DNA from: Salisapilia sapeloensis CBS 127946
Taxonomy: Eukaryota; Protista; Oomycota
Assembly: GCA_023334545.1 (NCBI GenBank)
Contig: JAADVB010000160.1
Coordinates: 1-44,201, forward strand
Length of the DNA: 44,201 bases
Direction: 5' to 3'
Both the position numbers and the translations under genes were made by a program. This document shows positions 11,935 to 23,651 of the stretch, one piece after another (within the stretch, counting starts at the first letter, position 1; each line of letters begins with the position of its first letter). Under the pieces are notes generated by a model. The model did no database searches, was not told the origin of the DNA, and saw nothing but the letters and a program-made list of their open reading frames with translations.

Positions 11935-12414
11935 ATGCCAGTCCAAAGGTGGCTTCGATCTACTTTCACGCATTCCCAGCAATGGCATCGTATGCCAAGT
12001 AAAGTCCGGTGCAACTCGTCCGACTCGAAGCAAGCTGCCCATTTCTCGGCATTACAGCAAGAACTCGAATTCTGTTGCCTCGTATGTGGGTGGGAAACAC
12101 CTTGTACAGCCTGTCCATTCGATTGGTACGGTTTCGACCCGAGAAAGCATCAAAGACATCGACGCAAACGTGATGGCCTTGGGGCCATTTCCGAGGACGA
12201 GCTACAGGAAGCTGCCAAACTACTTGGTCTCGTATCCAAATCCAGCGCCATTACGGCGCAATCCTTTTCCAAAGCTCAGATTAAAACTGCCTTTCGGAAA
12301 ATGGCACTTACAAGTCATCCAGACTGTTGCGATGACGACGATGCCGAGGAGAAATTTAAAGCTATTGTCAATGCCTACGAGCTGTGGATAGCTACCGTAC
12401 CTGACGATAGATGA
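11935..12414 (+). CDS. Small DnaJ-domain protein with Cys-rich N-terminal part, 159 aa
   Basis: C-terminal J domain IKTAFRKMALTSHPD...AEEKFKAIVNAYELW with HPD motif. First ATG at 11935. Confidence 0.85.
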   Translation: MPVQRWLRSTFTHSQQWHRMPSKVRCNSSDSKQAAHFSALQQELEFCCLVCGWETPCTACPFDWYGFDPRKHQRHRRKRDGLGAISEDELQEAAKLLGLVSKSSAITAQSFSKAQIKTAFRKMALTSHPDCCDDDDAEEKFKAIVNAYELWIATVPDDR

Positions 12415-12693
12415 AAATACTCAATGTCGACATTTCTATTCTATTTGCATCCATGTACTCATCAAGAGCTCTATCTACCAACGCAACATTCTTATGATAT
12501 ACCACGTCGATATGAAATGCTAGTAGAAAAGCTAAAACTACCCCTTCCGAATTCTATCCTGTTTTTAAATAACTTCGGTCCTCTCGACCATACTCACTTT
12601 CAGTCAAATCGGATCACAATCCGAAAAGGACAAAAGCCCGCGCAGATTCGCGCCAATCGACTGCCACCCGCCGTCGATCGCCCTTGCCACGCA

Positions 12694-12702
12694 GCTCATT
12701 CC
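12694..12702 (+). promoter_or_regulatory. INR-like element upstream of the Rad21 gene
   Basis: GCTCATTCC ends 8 nt before the ATG at 12711. The FPR half does not match. Confidence 0.45.
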
Positions 12703-12710
12703 TCACAAGC

Positions 12711-14572
12711 ATGTTCTACAACCAAGTGCTGCTTGCCAAGAAAGGCCCTCTAGGTAAAATCTGGCTGGCGGCCCATGGCGACCGTAAATTAAGCAAGCAA
12801 CAGGTCCTGCAGATCGACGTCGAGAATGCCGTCGAAACGATCGAGAATCCTCCTGTCCCGCTCGCTTTGCGTGTCTCGGGGCATCTACTCTTAGGTGTCG
12901 TCCGTATATACGCTCGTAAAGCCCAGTACCTCGTCTCGGACTCGAGTGACGCCGTGAAGCGCATCAACGAAGATTTCCGAACGAACGTCCTGAGTCTTCC
13001 CCCGAAAGCTTCAAAAGCAGGAAAGCAAGCCATGAACGTTGTCGTCTTTGGCGAATTCCGTACCGAGCATCTTAACGCCTTGGAGTAAGATATTTATCTT
13101 CGGTAATTTATATGTATGAAGAACTAATGGTGGACATGTAGCTCGGTCGAATTGACCCAGTTGGAGCTAGGAGACTTGTTGAGTGCTGCCAGTCAATCTG
13201 CCATGCCAGCTTCTCGTCGTCATGAAATCACGTTGGCTGAATCTGCGTCTCAACGATCGAAAAACGGAAACTACAGTGCCTTCCGTATGGTATTTTACTA
13301 TATACATACCAGTACAAACTGGACTAATGGTATCTACATAGATGACTTGCATATGGACGACTCGTTCGGGTATGGAGACATGCCAGCATTCGACTTTGAA
13401 CACACATTAGGTCGACCGGTATGCAATTTATAAAAATATATTACATCCGCATATGAAACTAATTCGATCACTAGGGAATGCGCAACTCATTTGATCACGC
13501 CATGAGCGAGATTGAAGTCGGGCGTAATGACTCGAGTGCTATGCCAGCATTAAACGAATCCCAGCTCCTCGGATCAACTGACGGAAAGTCGATCACTGGT
13601 GACTTGGACCATAAGAATCACGACAATGAGTTCGCGTTTGACGATGACTTTGACGGACCATCCGACCTTCCTGGCGCGAATGAACTACCTCCCAGTCCGC
13701 TCAACAACTCTCATTTTAGTGACAATGCTTCCCACGCATCTATGGACTTGGCACTTGCCAACATCGATGAAGACCAGACGACGGACGGAACGACGAAATC
13801 TAAGAAACGGCGGCGTGTCGAACGTGACACGGTCACACAGCTCAGTGGCTCTCTCATCCGCAAGAACATGAAAGACACGTCGAAAATAACACAGACGAGA
13901 GACTTGACACATGCTTCGAACGATAAGACGGGACTAGATGTGGACAACGCGGATCTTTTCAAGACACCGTGTCAAACGGACATGGCAGACGATCTGAAAG
14001 ACATGTACACAGCGACGATGAAGAAAGCCAAGTTCCCGTATTTATCTGCTCGAGGTCAAGTGGAGGACGTAGAGCAGATGAGACGCATGAGTCACGCGTC
14101 GCAGGATCGGGAACACGACATGAACGACTATGCGTTCGATCAAGAGGATGATCGACCGCAGTCCATGGGATTGATGGGTGATAAAGATCGCGACTCGCTC
14201 GACTTTGACTTTGCTGCACCGGAGCCGGATCGTCTGAATGACTTGGATACGGGTGACGTGGAGCTAGACCTCGGCGTCGATATTGAGAATGAAGAAGGTA
14301 TTCCGACTGCTACTTCTGCCAGCACTGATCACAAGTGGCATCCGAACACGGTGAAAGTGATGAAAGTGTTGCAAGCGACGATGAAAGGCAAGGAAGAAAC
14401 GACGTACGAGACGTTGACAAAACCTACGACGAGTAAACGCACTGCGGCGGCACTCTTCTGTGAATTACTACAGCTCAAGACGCTAGATTACGTCCGGTTA
14501 GACCAGTCAGAGGCGTATGGAGACATCTCGATTGCTCGATCCGATAGGTTTCCAATGACGTCTCGAGCTTAA
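12711..14572 (+). CDS. RAD21: Cohesin alpha-kleisin Rad21/Rec8 family (Rad21-like), 563 aa, 4 exons
   Basis: N-terminal MFYNQVLLAKKGPLGKIWLAAH...LALRVSGHLLLGVVRIY and C-terminal winged helix KRTAAALFCELLQLK...Q.EAYGDISI. Introns 13085-13141, 13285-13341, 13419-13474. Confidence 0.92.
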
Positions 14573-14718
14573 TGCGTATCTGACTAGTCCATGTATACCC
14601 GATCGGTTAACTTCAATATTTCTTTTCTTGGGGACAGCAGTTGTTGCTCGTTATTTTTAGCTTCCATCCTCTCGTTTATCCTTTAAGACGACAGTAGGGA
14701 AGACGCAGTCAAGGTAGC

Positions 14719-17460
14719 ATGTCCGACTTTCGATCGTTGAAAGCCAAAGTACGAGTCTTGTGCAAGCAACGACGTGTACGGTTAGAAGAGTTTATGAAAA
14801 CTTTTGATCGACATCGTGTGAAGAAGATTAAAGTCGAACAGTTTCGTCGAGCCTTAGACCTTAGTGGTTTGCAACTTGCACCGAGTGAAGTCGATGTTAT
14901 CTTGATGAAGTATCGTATTCCGACGGAACCTGCGTATGTTGATTATCAGCGTTTCTGCGACTTGATCAACAAGGTCTTCACGGTTAAAGGGTTGGAGCAG
15001 AATCCACATCTTTGTGGTAGCATCCAAAGTGAATTGAAGTCGACCAAGAAACTGCCGAAAGATCAGTTCGTCGGACAAGAGTTGGAAAGTCTGAAACGAG
15101 TGAAAGCGAAGATTGTGCACGCTGTACAAGTGAAAGGAGTTGTTTTGAAAGACGTCTTTCATGACTTTGATCGTGCGAACGCTGGAAAAGTTACCAAGCC
15201 TCAGTTCCTTCGACATCTACTCGACATCGTCACGCTTTCGGATGACGAATGTGAGTTGCTGCTTAAAGCCTATGGTGACGGACGCGACTTGTACTATCGT
15301 ACTCTCCACTACGACTTATTCCCGTCGACCTCGACTCCTGTCGCATTGCCTTCACTAAAGAAACGACTTCATCTGCATTACCGTGATGACGAGAGCGTAG
15401 AGGAAATAGAAGACGGTCTTCGAAAGCTAGTAGCACGCGATCGTATTCGTGTAAAAGAGTTCTTTGTAGATTTTGACCCTCTTCGCACAGGGACATGCTC
15501 CGAGGCACAGTTTCTACGCTGTCTGAAACTTACATTTCCATCTCTTCTCGAACATGAATTAGCAGTAATCACCGCAAAGTACCGTTGCAGTGACTCTGCC
15601 GAAGCCAAGACAAACTATTTGCACCTGTGTCGCTCTCTTGAACGCTCTGAAGCTTTCAGTAACAATGACATGGACGACGATTCACTCGCTAAGATGATGT
15701 TGCAGACCCAAACTGCGATCAATGACAGCGACAAGTGTTATCGTAAAGCAAGAGGAGCACTTACTGCAGATGAAGAGGTAGTCTATCAGGGATTAATGGA
15801 GCGTATTGCTAATTACTGCACCACTAGACGTGTGCTCATCAAGCCAACGTTCCAGGACTTCGATCGAGCGAAGAGAGACCATATTACCAATGAACAGTTC
15901 ATTCGTGTGCTTACCATGTTCAAGCTATCTCCTCAGTCTCGCCAGGAAGAACATGTTCTATTGAAACGATACGCGAGTGCCCACGGTGATCGTTTTATCA
16001 ACTACGTTGCCTTTTGTTCGGATGTAGAGCACTGGAATGACAGTGAGAACACGAACCAATCTTCTTCCCGTCCATCCAGTAGCAACGTAGCTTCGGAAAT
16101 CCTTGCTCCATCTCGAGTGGCCAAACAGCTAGCTCGAAGTCCAAGTGAGCTTATGTTGGACATTCAACGACAAGTCAAGCGTGATCGTGTGCGTCTGGAA
16201 GAGTACTATCGGGACTTTGACAAGCTACGTCATAACGAGATCACACGTGCGCAGTTTGCTGCGGGTATTCATGCTGCAGGGTTACTCTTAAGCAAAGAAG
16301 AAGTGGCTTCACTAGCAGATCAGTACGCGAGTGATGTTAAGGACAGTCAAGGATTGCCTTTAGTCTCGTGGAAAATATTTGTCGAGGCTGTCGAAAGAGT
16401 CTTTACGATTACGGACCTTGAGAAGTACCCGACGTATGAGTCTCTACTAAAGCCACAGGAAAAGAAGGTTTCGATTGAAAAGAAGTTGAGTGAAGCGGAG
16501 GAGAAACAAGTTACAGAAGCCGTCTTGGCCATGAAGAAATCTGTCGATCGCCAACGACTGACGCTTAAGCCAGTGTTTGAAGACTTCGATAGAGCTCGTC
16601 ATGGCAGCATCAGTGCACCGAAGTTCGAGCGTGCGCTCTCACGGCTTGGTCTTTTGCCTCCAGACGACCGAATTGCCAAGCTTGTACTGATAAAGTTCCA
16701 AGAGAGTTCGAATGGAAAAGGTCTGGGGTCTATTGGAGATGTGAATTACCGAGCATTCCTAGATGCACTTGATATCGTGTCGAGTCTTGGACCTGCTGAC
16801 ATCCTTCCTGGAAGTAGTGAATATCGACATTTGATTCAATCCGGTGGAGATAGTCACCTACAGAACGGAGGAAGGAGGACGATTCGCATGAAGAATGAGT
16901 CAAGCTCTGAATTGACACCACTGCTTCAAGAACTACATCGGCAAGTGAATACCCAACGCATACGATTGAAAGAATTTGTGACGGAAGGCGACAAACTCCG
17001 GACTGGTGAAGTTTCCGTTCCAAAGTTCCATACGGCTTTAAACCGTAGTGGATGCACCTTAAGTGCTGCGGATCTCAAAACTTTGTCGACTGCCTTCCGA
17101 TCGGACAAGCACACGGACATGATCAACTGGCGAGCATTCATCGATGCGGTGGAGAATGTCCAAATCATGACGTTGGTGACACCCAGAGCAGATGACAATG
17201 TCGATAAGCTACTTGCTAGCATCCGAGGGGAAGTCCTACGACGTGGTCTGCACTTAAAACCATACTTTCAAGACTATGACCGGAACTCGACGAATTGCGT
17301 GACCAAGACGCAGTTCGCTGCCGTGCTGGACCTCATGCGACTATCGCTTACACCTCGAGACATTGACTGCCTCACGTCTTACTACGGTAACGATAGCAAA
17401 GGCCGGAAGGATGTCCACTACCTGACGTTCCTTCAACAAGTGGATCCAAGTCAGACGTAA
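14719..17460 (+). CDS. Large multi-EF-hand protein, 913 aa, intronless, probably flagellar-type
   Basis: Repeated modules of the form (R/K)..LK..F.DFDR...G.IT..QF.R.L, e.g. FKTFDRHRVKKI, FHDFDRANAGKVT, FVDFDPLRTGTCS, FEDFDRARHGSIS, FQDYDRNSTNCVT. Confidence 0.85.
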   Translation: MSDFRSLKAKVRVLCKQRRVRLEEFMKTFDRHRVKKIKVEQFRRALDLSGLQLAPSEVDVILMKYRIPTEPAYVDYQRFCDLINKVFTVKGLEQNPHLCGSIQSELKSTKKLPKDQFVGQELESLKRVKAKIVHAVQVKGVVLKDVFHDFDRANAGKVTKPQFLRHLLDIVTLSDDECELLLKAYGDGRDLYYRTLHYDLFPSTSTPVALPSLKKRLHLHYRDDESVEEIEDGLRKLVARDRIRVKEFFVDFDPLRTGTCSEAQFLRCLKLTFPSLLEHELAVITAKYRCSDSAEAKTNYLHLCRSLERSEAFSNNDMDDDSLAKMMLQTQTAINDSDKCYRKARGALTADEEVVYQGLMERIANYCTTRRVLIKPTFQDFDRAKRDHITNEQFIRVLTMFKLSPQSRQEEHVLLKRYASAHGDRFINYVAFCSDVEHWNDSENTNQSSSRPSSSNVASEILAPSRVAKQLARSPSELMLDIQRQVKRDRVRLEEYYRDFDKLRHNEITRAQFAAGIHAAGLLLSKEEVASLADQYASDVKDSQGLPLVSWKIFVEAVERVFTITDLEKYPTYESLLKPQEKKVSIEKKLSEAEEKQVTEAVLAMKKSVDRQRLTLKPVFEDFDRARHGSISAPKFERALSRLGLLPPDDRIAKLVLIKFQESSNGKGLGSIGDVNYRAFLDALDIVSSLGPADILPGSSEYRHLIQSGGDSHLQNGGRRTIRMKNESSSELTPLLQELHRQVNTQRIRLKEFVTEGDKLRTGEVSVPKFHTALNRSGCTLSAADLKTLSTAFRSDKHTDMINWRAFIDAVENVQIMTLVTPRADDNVDKLLASIRGEVLRRGLHLKPYFQDYDRNSTNCVTKTQFAAVLDLMRLSLTPRDIDCLTSYYGNDSKGRKDVHYLTFLQQVDPSQT

Positions 17461-17696
17461 GATGAGAACGTCAGAACCAAAGCGATTGTATTTTTACTTC
17501 CCAACCTTCCTACATGCGAAAGAAGAAGAGTGTTCGCCTAATAGAAATAAAAGTTTCCTATCATTCTTGTCTCCGTCTTGCCAACGTGAGCAAACACCGT
17601 TTTCCTTCCACAAAATGTAGTAACAGGAAAGAGGCGTGACATGCAAAAAAGGATAAAAAGGTCCTCCGTCATCATTCAAGTGAGAGAGGAGAAAAT

Positions 17697-18485
17697 TTAT
17701 CGACGATGGATGAGTGACATGAATTCACTTCGAGTGCGTGGGTCGGATTTAAAGATGCCGTTCACGGAGCTCGAGATGGTTGATGCACCATTCTTCTCCA
17801 CACCACGCATCGTCATGCACATGTGTGTCGCTTCAATGACGACACCCACGCCCTTGGGCTCAATGGCGGCCCACACTGCGTTCGCAATCTGTTTCGTCAA
17901 CCTTTCCTGCACTTGTAATCGACGCGAAAAGACTTCTGAAATACGAGCTAGCTTACTCAAGCCCAGGACCTTGCCATCCGGAATGTACCCGATGTGCACT
18001 TTACCCGAGAACGGGACCATGTGGTGCTCGCACATCGAGTGGAGATCAATGTCACGGACGACGACCATCTCGTCATGGTCTTCTTCAAACACGGCTTCAT
18101 TCAGCACGTCCGAAAGGCTCTGCGAGTACCCTTTCGTGTTGTAAAGGAGCGCCTTGGCCATGCGCTCCGGCGTTTTCAATAGTCCTTCTCGAGTCGTGTC
18201 TTCACCGACGCATTCTAATAGAGTCCGTACAGCATCTGCCATTTTGGCAATCTTTTCCGTGTCATCCACATGGTCATTTTCATGCCGAGACGGAGCTGTC
18301 AATGATAGCGCCTGAAGCTGCTTTTCCCGTTCTTCCTCTTCACAGCTACTCACGCTTGCTGTCGATGTAGTTGCCGATGCATACCCATTACTGTACTTGG
18401 CAGCACTACCATTGATGGCATTGGTGGTCGTCAGGCACTCATCTGCTGGCGACAGCGCGCCGCTAGACACTGGCGATGGAGCCAT
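17697..18485 (-). CDS. GCH1: GTP cyclohydrolase I (type IA), 262 aa
   Basis: [62 protein letters not shown] at 18485. Confidence 0.97.
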   Translation of the reverse strand: MAPSPVSSGALSPADECLTTTNAINGSAAKYSNGYASATTSTASVSSCEEEEREKQLQALSLTAPSRHENDHVDDTEKIAKMADAVRTLLECVGEDTTREGLLKTPERMAKALLYNTKGYSQSLSDVLNEAVFEEDHDEMVVVRDIDLHSMCEHHMVPFSGKVHIGYIPDGKVLGLSKLARISEVFSRRLQVQERLTKQIANAVWAAIEPKGVGVVIEATHMCMTMRGVEKNGASTISSSVNGIFKSDPRTRSEFMSLIHRR

Positions 18486-18662
18486 TCTGATGGCAGCAGG
18501 TCCAAATGTGTGTTTGGTGGGTAGTGGCGAGCGGTTTTTGTCCAATCACAAGAACTTACGCACTCCTATCTTATGATGGATTGGGTACTTGCTCAGCCAA
18601 TCCACAGAGAGTTGTAGTAGCGGCACGATAGCGGCACAGGCGTGCAGCACGCCCGACACGAG

Positions 18663-21070
18663 ATGCTGCAGCAAGGACTGAGGAAGCGACCGGCAGTCGG
18701 GGAGCACCATGATGGTGACTTTGGTGTATACATGTCCCATAAGGTGCAGAAGCTTCGAGCTCAGAATGCGAATATCGGACAGTCCACGAGTCAGCCGTCG
18801 CTCTTCCATGGCGTCCACATCTGCGTCGATGGACACACAAAGCCGAGCAAAGAGGAGCTACGACAGCTTATACTAGAGCATGGAGGTGGATTCGAGCACT
18901 ACGAAACGTCTAAAGTCACGCATATAGTTGCAACTCATCTACCAGCAAGCAAAGTCCTGCAGCTCCAGTACGTCATATAAGTAGCATCGTCCTAATTAGA
19001 TCCTAATGCATGCACATTAGACGGATGAAGAAGCCAACACCCGTCGTGGATCCACAATGGGTTATCCAGAGCATAGCTCAGCAGAAACTCTTGCCTACTA
19101 GAGGGTTTCTATATAAAGCCTTTGTCGATCAAACACAAAGCCATTTATCCAATATCACTCGTGACCTCTCGAACTCAACGAAAGACGGACCTGCTTTCGT
19201 ACGCAACTACTTTGCCAAGTCGCGTCTTCACCATATCGGTTCATGGCGGACTATTCTCCAGCAAAAGATGCCAGATTTCCAGTCCAAATATAAAGGACCA
19301 AGTATACGACGAGAAGCATCGAGTTCAAATCGTCGAGTCATCCTCCACATCGACATGGACAGTTTCTTCGTTAGTGTAGCCATGCGCAATCATCCAGAGC
19401 ATATAGATAAACCAGTAGCAGTCGCCCATTCGAGTAAGGCAGGGTCCAGTGAGATCTCATCTTGTAATTATATCGCTCGTCGACATGGCTTACGCGCCGG
19501 TATTTTCATGCAACAAGCGAAAACTATGTGTCCTGATCTTGTTGTACTTCCGTACGCGTTCGATGACATACAGCAAGTGTCGTTCCAACTCTACGAGACC
19601 TTTTTCACCCACACACCTCATGTCCAAGCCATGAGCTGTGATGAAGCGTTGTTAGAGTTTGACGGCAAGACGGACGGTTTTGCTAAAGCACAGGAAATAC
19701 GTCAACAGATATATGACAGAACGAAGTGTAATGCTAGTGTTGGTATTTCGTATAATATTCTACTCGCTAAAATGGCGACGACGCGAGCGAAACCGAATGG
19801 AATCTGTAGATTAAGTGATCAAGAAGCTGTCGATACATTCCTATCGTCTCTGAAAGTCAAAGACTTGCCTGGTGTCGGATACAGTACGAATGCAAAGCTA
19901 CAGGAATTAGGTATCCACGACGTCACACAGCTTCGATCGATCTCAAAGACCGAACTAGAGCTTCACGTCGGTAAAGTCACGGCCAAGACACTACACGACA
20001 ATGCGAATGGCATCGACACGAGACCCTTGTCGACCGAAACAAACTTTATGAGAAAGAGTGTATCTGCTGTCATTAACTTTGGTATTCGATTCGAACGAGA
20101 AGAAGAGACAAAGGCTTTCATGGGCGCACTGGCTGAAGAACTCGTGCTTCGTCTCCAAAGTCTTCAAGTACAAACGAAATGCATTACTTTACTAGTGAAA
20201 AAACGAAAGCAAGGACAACCGCATGAGCCTGTCAAGTACCTTGGCTGTGGTATCTGTGACAGCTTTTCGAAAGCGCATGTCCTAGCTTCTGCCACTGATG
20301 ACGCGAAGAAGATTGCTCAAATCGGTATCCAGCTCTTGGAACAATTCCAGTTCCCACCACAAGAGCTTCGAGGTGTCGGTCTACAAGCGACGAAACTAGA
20401 CTCGACGCAACGTCCACAACCTGCAAGCCTAAAGCAGCACTTGCAGTCATGGTTGCAGGATAAAAAGGTACAATCGAAAGCTCTACTTTCACCATCCAGA
20501 CCGCAAGTCAAACAGACTGAAGCGACAGTACCTCCCAATCGTTCAACAGAGTACGCTCTAAATGACGTCTATTTGTCCCAAGTGGACTTGGAAGTGTACC
20601 ACGCGCTTCCGATGCGATTGCGTCAAGAGATCAATCGCCATGCAAAACCACCTCGATCACTGATGAGTGCCCAGCGACTAAAGAAACCACCATTACCAAA
20701 GCCAAAGCAGAGTCCAGTGAAAGAAAAAGAGGTCAAGCCGGTCGAATCCATCTTGGCTACTACATGGACACTCCTAGAACAAGTGAATACCTCGGACTTC
20801 GAAGCCATGGAGACATTGGCCGTAGACGTTACAGAAACTTTCGATACTATCTACGCTCGGATCCTCTATGATGTCGAGATGAATGCACTTGACCACGCTG
20901 CTCGGACACTACGTTTTGTTCGACGCAAGTGCCAAAGCATTGCTGGTAAAGCTCTCAACCTTCTACTGTCCGACCAATTTAATCAGCTCTTACACCGTGT
21001 CAATTCGGAACTAGAGAACCTTGGCATGCACTCCATATCGAAACAAACTGTATCTCTACTTGAAATATAA
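18663..21070 (+). CDS. REV1: REV1 deoxycytidyl transferase (Y-family translesion polymerase), 784 aa, 2 exons
   Basis: N-terminal BRCT (YMSHKVQKL...VTHIVATHLP), SRLHHIGSWR, HIDMDSFFVSV, MSCDEA, a UBM-like segment LSQVDLEVYHALP..LRQEI and a helical CTD. Intron 18968-19020. Confidence 0.95.
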
Positions 21071-21101
21071 ACTTTAAATGTATCATGCACGCTTTATTGT
21101 T

Positions 21102-22285
21102 TTACACGACACTTTGATATGTGTCATCTCCACTAATACTATCGTCCTCCTGCGTCGATAAACGCATGAGCAAGTGCCATCGATTCTTTATCGAGTTCAC
21201 ACTTCGACGTGGAAGCTCTTCCGAGATACGTTTCCATTGCTTTGGATGTCGATCGTAAGCTTCGTACAATCTTGCATCCTCATCTGGTGACCACTCCGTC
21301 TTGACTAACGACGGATCGACATAGTTCAGATATCGCTCTCGACATTGCTTCCCCGTGCGTCCAGGCAAGAAACTCGCAACCTACACGTTTATATGTTACG
21401 ATAGAACCAAGATAAGTAGTCTACGTTTCATGGTACCTTGCTCCACTTGTGGCCGAACTCGTCGACTTTAGTACGTAAGACGTTATCGTCCCAAGCAGAC
21501 CAAGTAAGTTTCTCTCGGACCTTCTTGGACGAATCATCCTCACTCGAGTCACTACTCACTTTTCTCCTCTTGGCAGGTGGACTCCCAATACTACTACCTG
21601 AGCCGATTTGATCCGGAGGTAGATTGTTTCGTATCGAAAGTGCGATGCATCGATTCTTGACGTCATCCGGACTTCGTCCATCAAACTGACGAGCGATGGA
21701 AGCCCATGTCGTACCCATTTCACGACGCAAGGACTCCAACTTAGCGTCCTCTTCAGACGTCCACGCTCGGCTGTGGAGCTTCGGGTCCAAGTGATTTATA
21801 TAGCGTTCTCGACATCGCTTTCGATCTCGATGTGGCATCTCTCGTGCCACTTGTGACCAGTTCGACGTGCCGTACTTGACCACGAGCTCTTTTAGCTTTG
21901 AATCCTCTTCAGTCGTCCAAAAGTGTTTCCGAGGTGCTTTTTGCTGCCTCGTAGACGCATCGTCGCGCTGGTTCTCAATCTCCGAAACAAAGTTACGTGA
22001 TCGCGCTCTGCCATCGTCATCCATCCCGTACTCTGTCACAGCGTAGACGACCTTTTCAGTGTCCATGGTGGTAATATGCTGCTTTGCATACGGACAAGGA
22101 GCATCGAATAAGGGGGACGCATCTCTCTTATTGTTTTTCGAAGAGGATGAGGCAGAGGTCGTCAGACGACTATCCTTGGCTCTATTGCGTTGCTGCTTCA
22201 AGAGCTCAATGCGTCGATGTATCAACCTTTCCATGTTGCTACACTCGAAGAGAGCGTGGATGGCCACACCGAACTTGTTCTCCAT
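21102..22285 (-). CDS. Myb-domain transcription factor with four repeats (two R2R3-like pairs), 375 aa, 2 exons
   Basis: WTTEEDSKL..W...RCRERYINHLDP, WTSEEDAKL..W...RSPDDVKNRC, WSAWDDNVL..WSKV.SFLPGRTGKQCRERYLNYVDP, WSPDEDARL..W...RSVNSIKNRW. Intron 21381-21436. Confidence 0.92.
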
Positions 22286-22751
22286 GGCTGCACTCTGCTG
22301 ACTGAGGTGCTAGGCTTGGACGTACGAACGCGTGTGTGCATAAATCAGACAGGTGACCGGAAGACCTTTGTTTATGCGATCAGATAGTCACTCCCAGAAG
22401 AGTGCAGCCCCATGGAAACCTCTTAAATAATTCCGTACGTTATTTTTTCCATGCAATGAAGCATTTCACATCCCACCAACAAGCACCTACGCTCATCTAC
22501 CAAACTAGTCGTCAAAGTTACCATTGTAATCTCACACTTTTATTCAATTCACATTTCCCTCCATTTCCCATTTAACTACCATCAAAACACAAAACGCCTT
22601 CTCTATATCTATACAAGTACATAAGCATCCACTTCCACCTCGTACCTATCTCCACAAGAGCTAGAACCTGTGCAAGATACTCGCATCAAGACACCTCTTC
22701 CAGTGCTTTTTCATATGTTATACAAGACAATAACTAAACGACTGGCACCGA

Positions 22752-22760
22752 GCTCATTTC
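22752..22760 (+). promoter_or_regulatory. INR-like element upstream of rpS3
   Basis: GCTCATTTC ends 29 nt before the rpS3 ATG. The FPR half does not match. Confidence 0.5.
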
Positions 22761-22789
22761 CCAAAGTCTGATCGATCCAAGTAGAGAAA

Positions 22790-23533
22790 ATGGCCCAAAA
22801 CATCTCCAAGAAGAGGAAGTTCGTAGCTGACGGTGTCTTCTACGCCGAGCTTAACGAGCTGCTCCAGCGTGAGCTTTACGGCGATGGCTACTCTGGTGTC
22901 GAAGTCCGTGTGACGCCCATGCGCACGGAGATCATCATCCGTGCCACCCGTACGCAGGAGGTGCTCGGTGAGAAGGGTCAGCGCATCCGTGCTTTGACCT
23001 CTGTCGTGCAGAAGCGTTTCAACTTCCCGGACGGTGCTGTCGAGCTCTACGCCGAGCGTGTCGCCAACCGTGGACTGTGCTCCCAGGCGCAGGCCGAATC
23101 CCTCAAGTACCGTCTTCTCGGTGGTCTCGCCGTCCGTCGTGCTTGCTACAGTGTCCTCCGATTCGTCATGGAGGCTGGTGCCAAGGGTTGCGAAGTCATT
23201 GTCACTGGTAAGCTCCGTGCGCAGCGTGCCAAGGCCATGAAGTTCAAGGAAGGTTACATGCTCAAGTCTGGTAACGCCAGCTCCGAGTACGTCGACACGG
23301 CCGTCCGTCACGTTCTTATGCGCCAGGGTGTCCTCGGTGTCAAGGTTGCCATTATGCTTCCGCACGACCCGACTGGCCGCATGGGCCCCAAGCGTAACTT
23401 GGATGATGTTGTCACGATCCTCGAGCCGAAGGAAGAGCCGTTCCAGCCGTACGTCGAGCCGAACCCGGCCGCCACGGCTCCTCCTCAGCCTGCTGCCGCC
23501 GTCCAGGCGCCTGCCGTTGACCCTGCGTTCTAA
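22790..23533 (+). CDS. RPS3: 40S ribosomal protein S3 (uS3), 247 aa
   Basis: [66 protein letters not shown]. Strongly biased codon usage. Confidence 0.99.
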   Translation: MAQNISKKRKFVADGVFYAELNELLQRELYGDGYSGVEVRVTPMRTEIIIRATRTQEVLGEKGQRIRALTSVVQKRFNFPDGAVELYAERVANRGLCSQAQAESLKYRLLGGLAVRRACYSVLRFVMEAGAKGCEVIVTGKLRAQRAKAMKFKEGYMLKSGNASSEYVDTAVRHVLMRQGVLGVKVAIMLPHDPTGRMGPKRNLDDVVTILEPKEEPFQPYVEPNPAATAPPQPAAAVQAPAVDPAF

Positions 23534-23651
23534 GCATTGTGTTAGTTGTTCGCAGTTTAAGCTTAAACAGGATCAAATGATCAGACTTCCTATTGCATAA
23601 CCTTGTTCTCCATTCATTTTACCTTTCTACGCACGACTCGGCTTGGACGTC

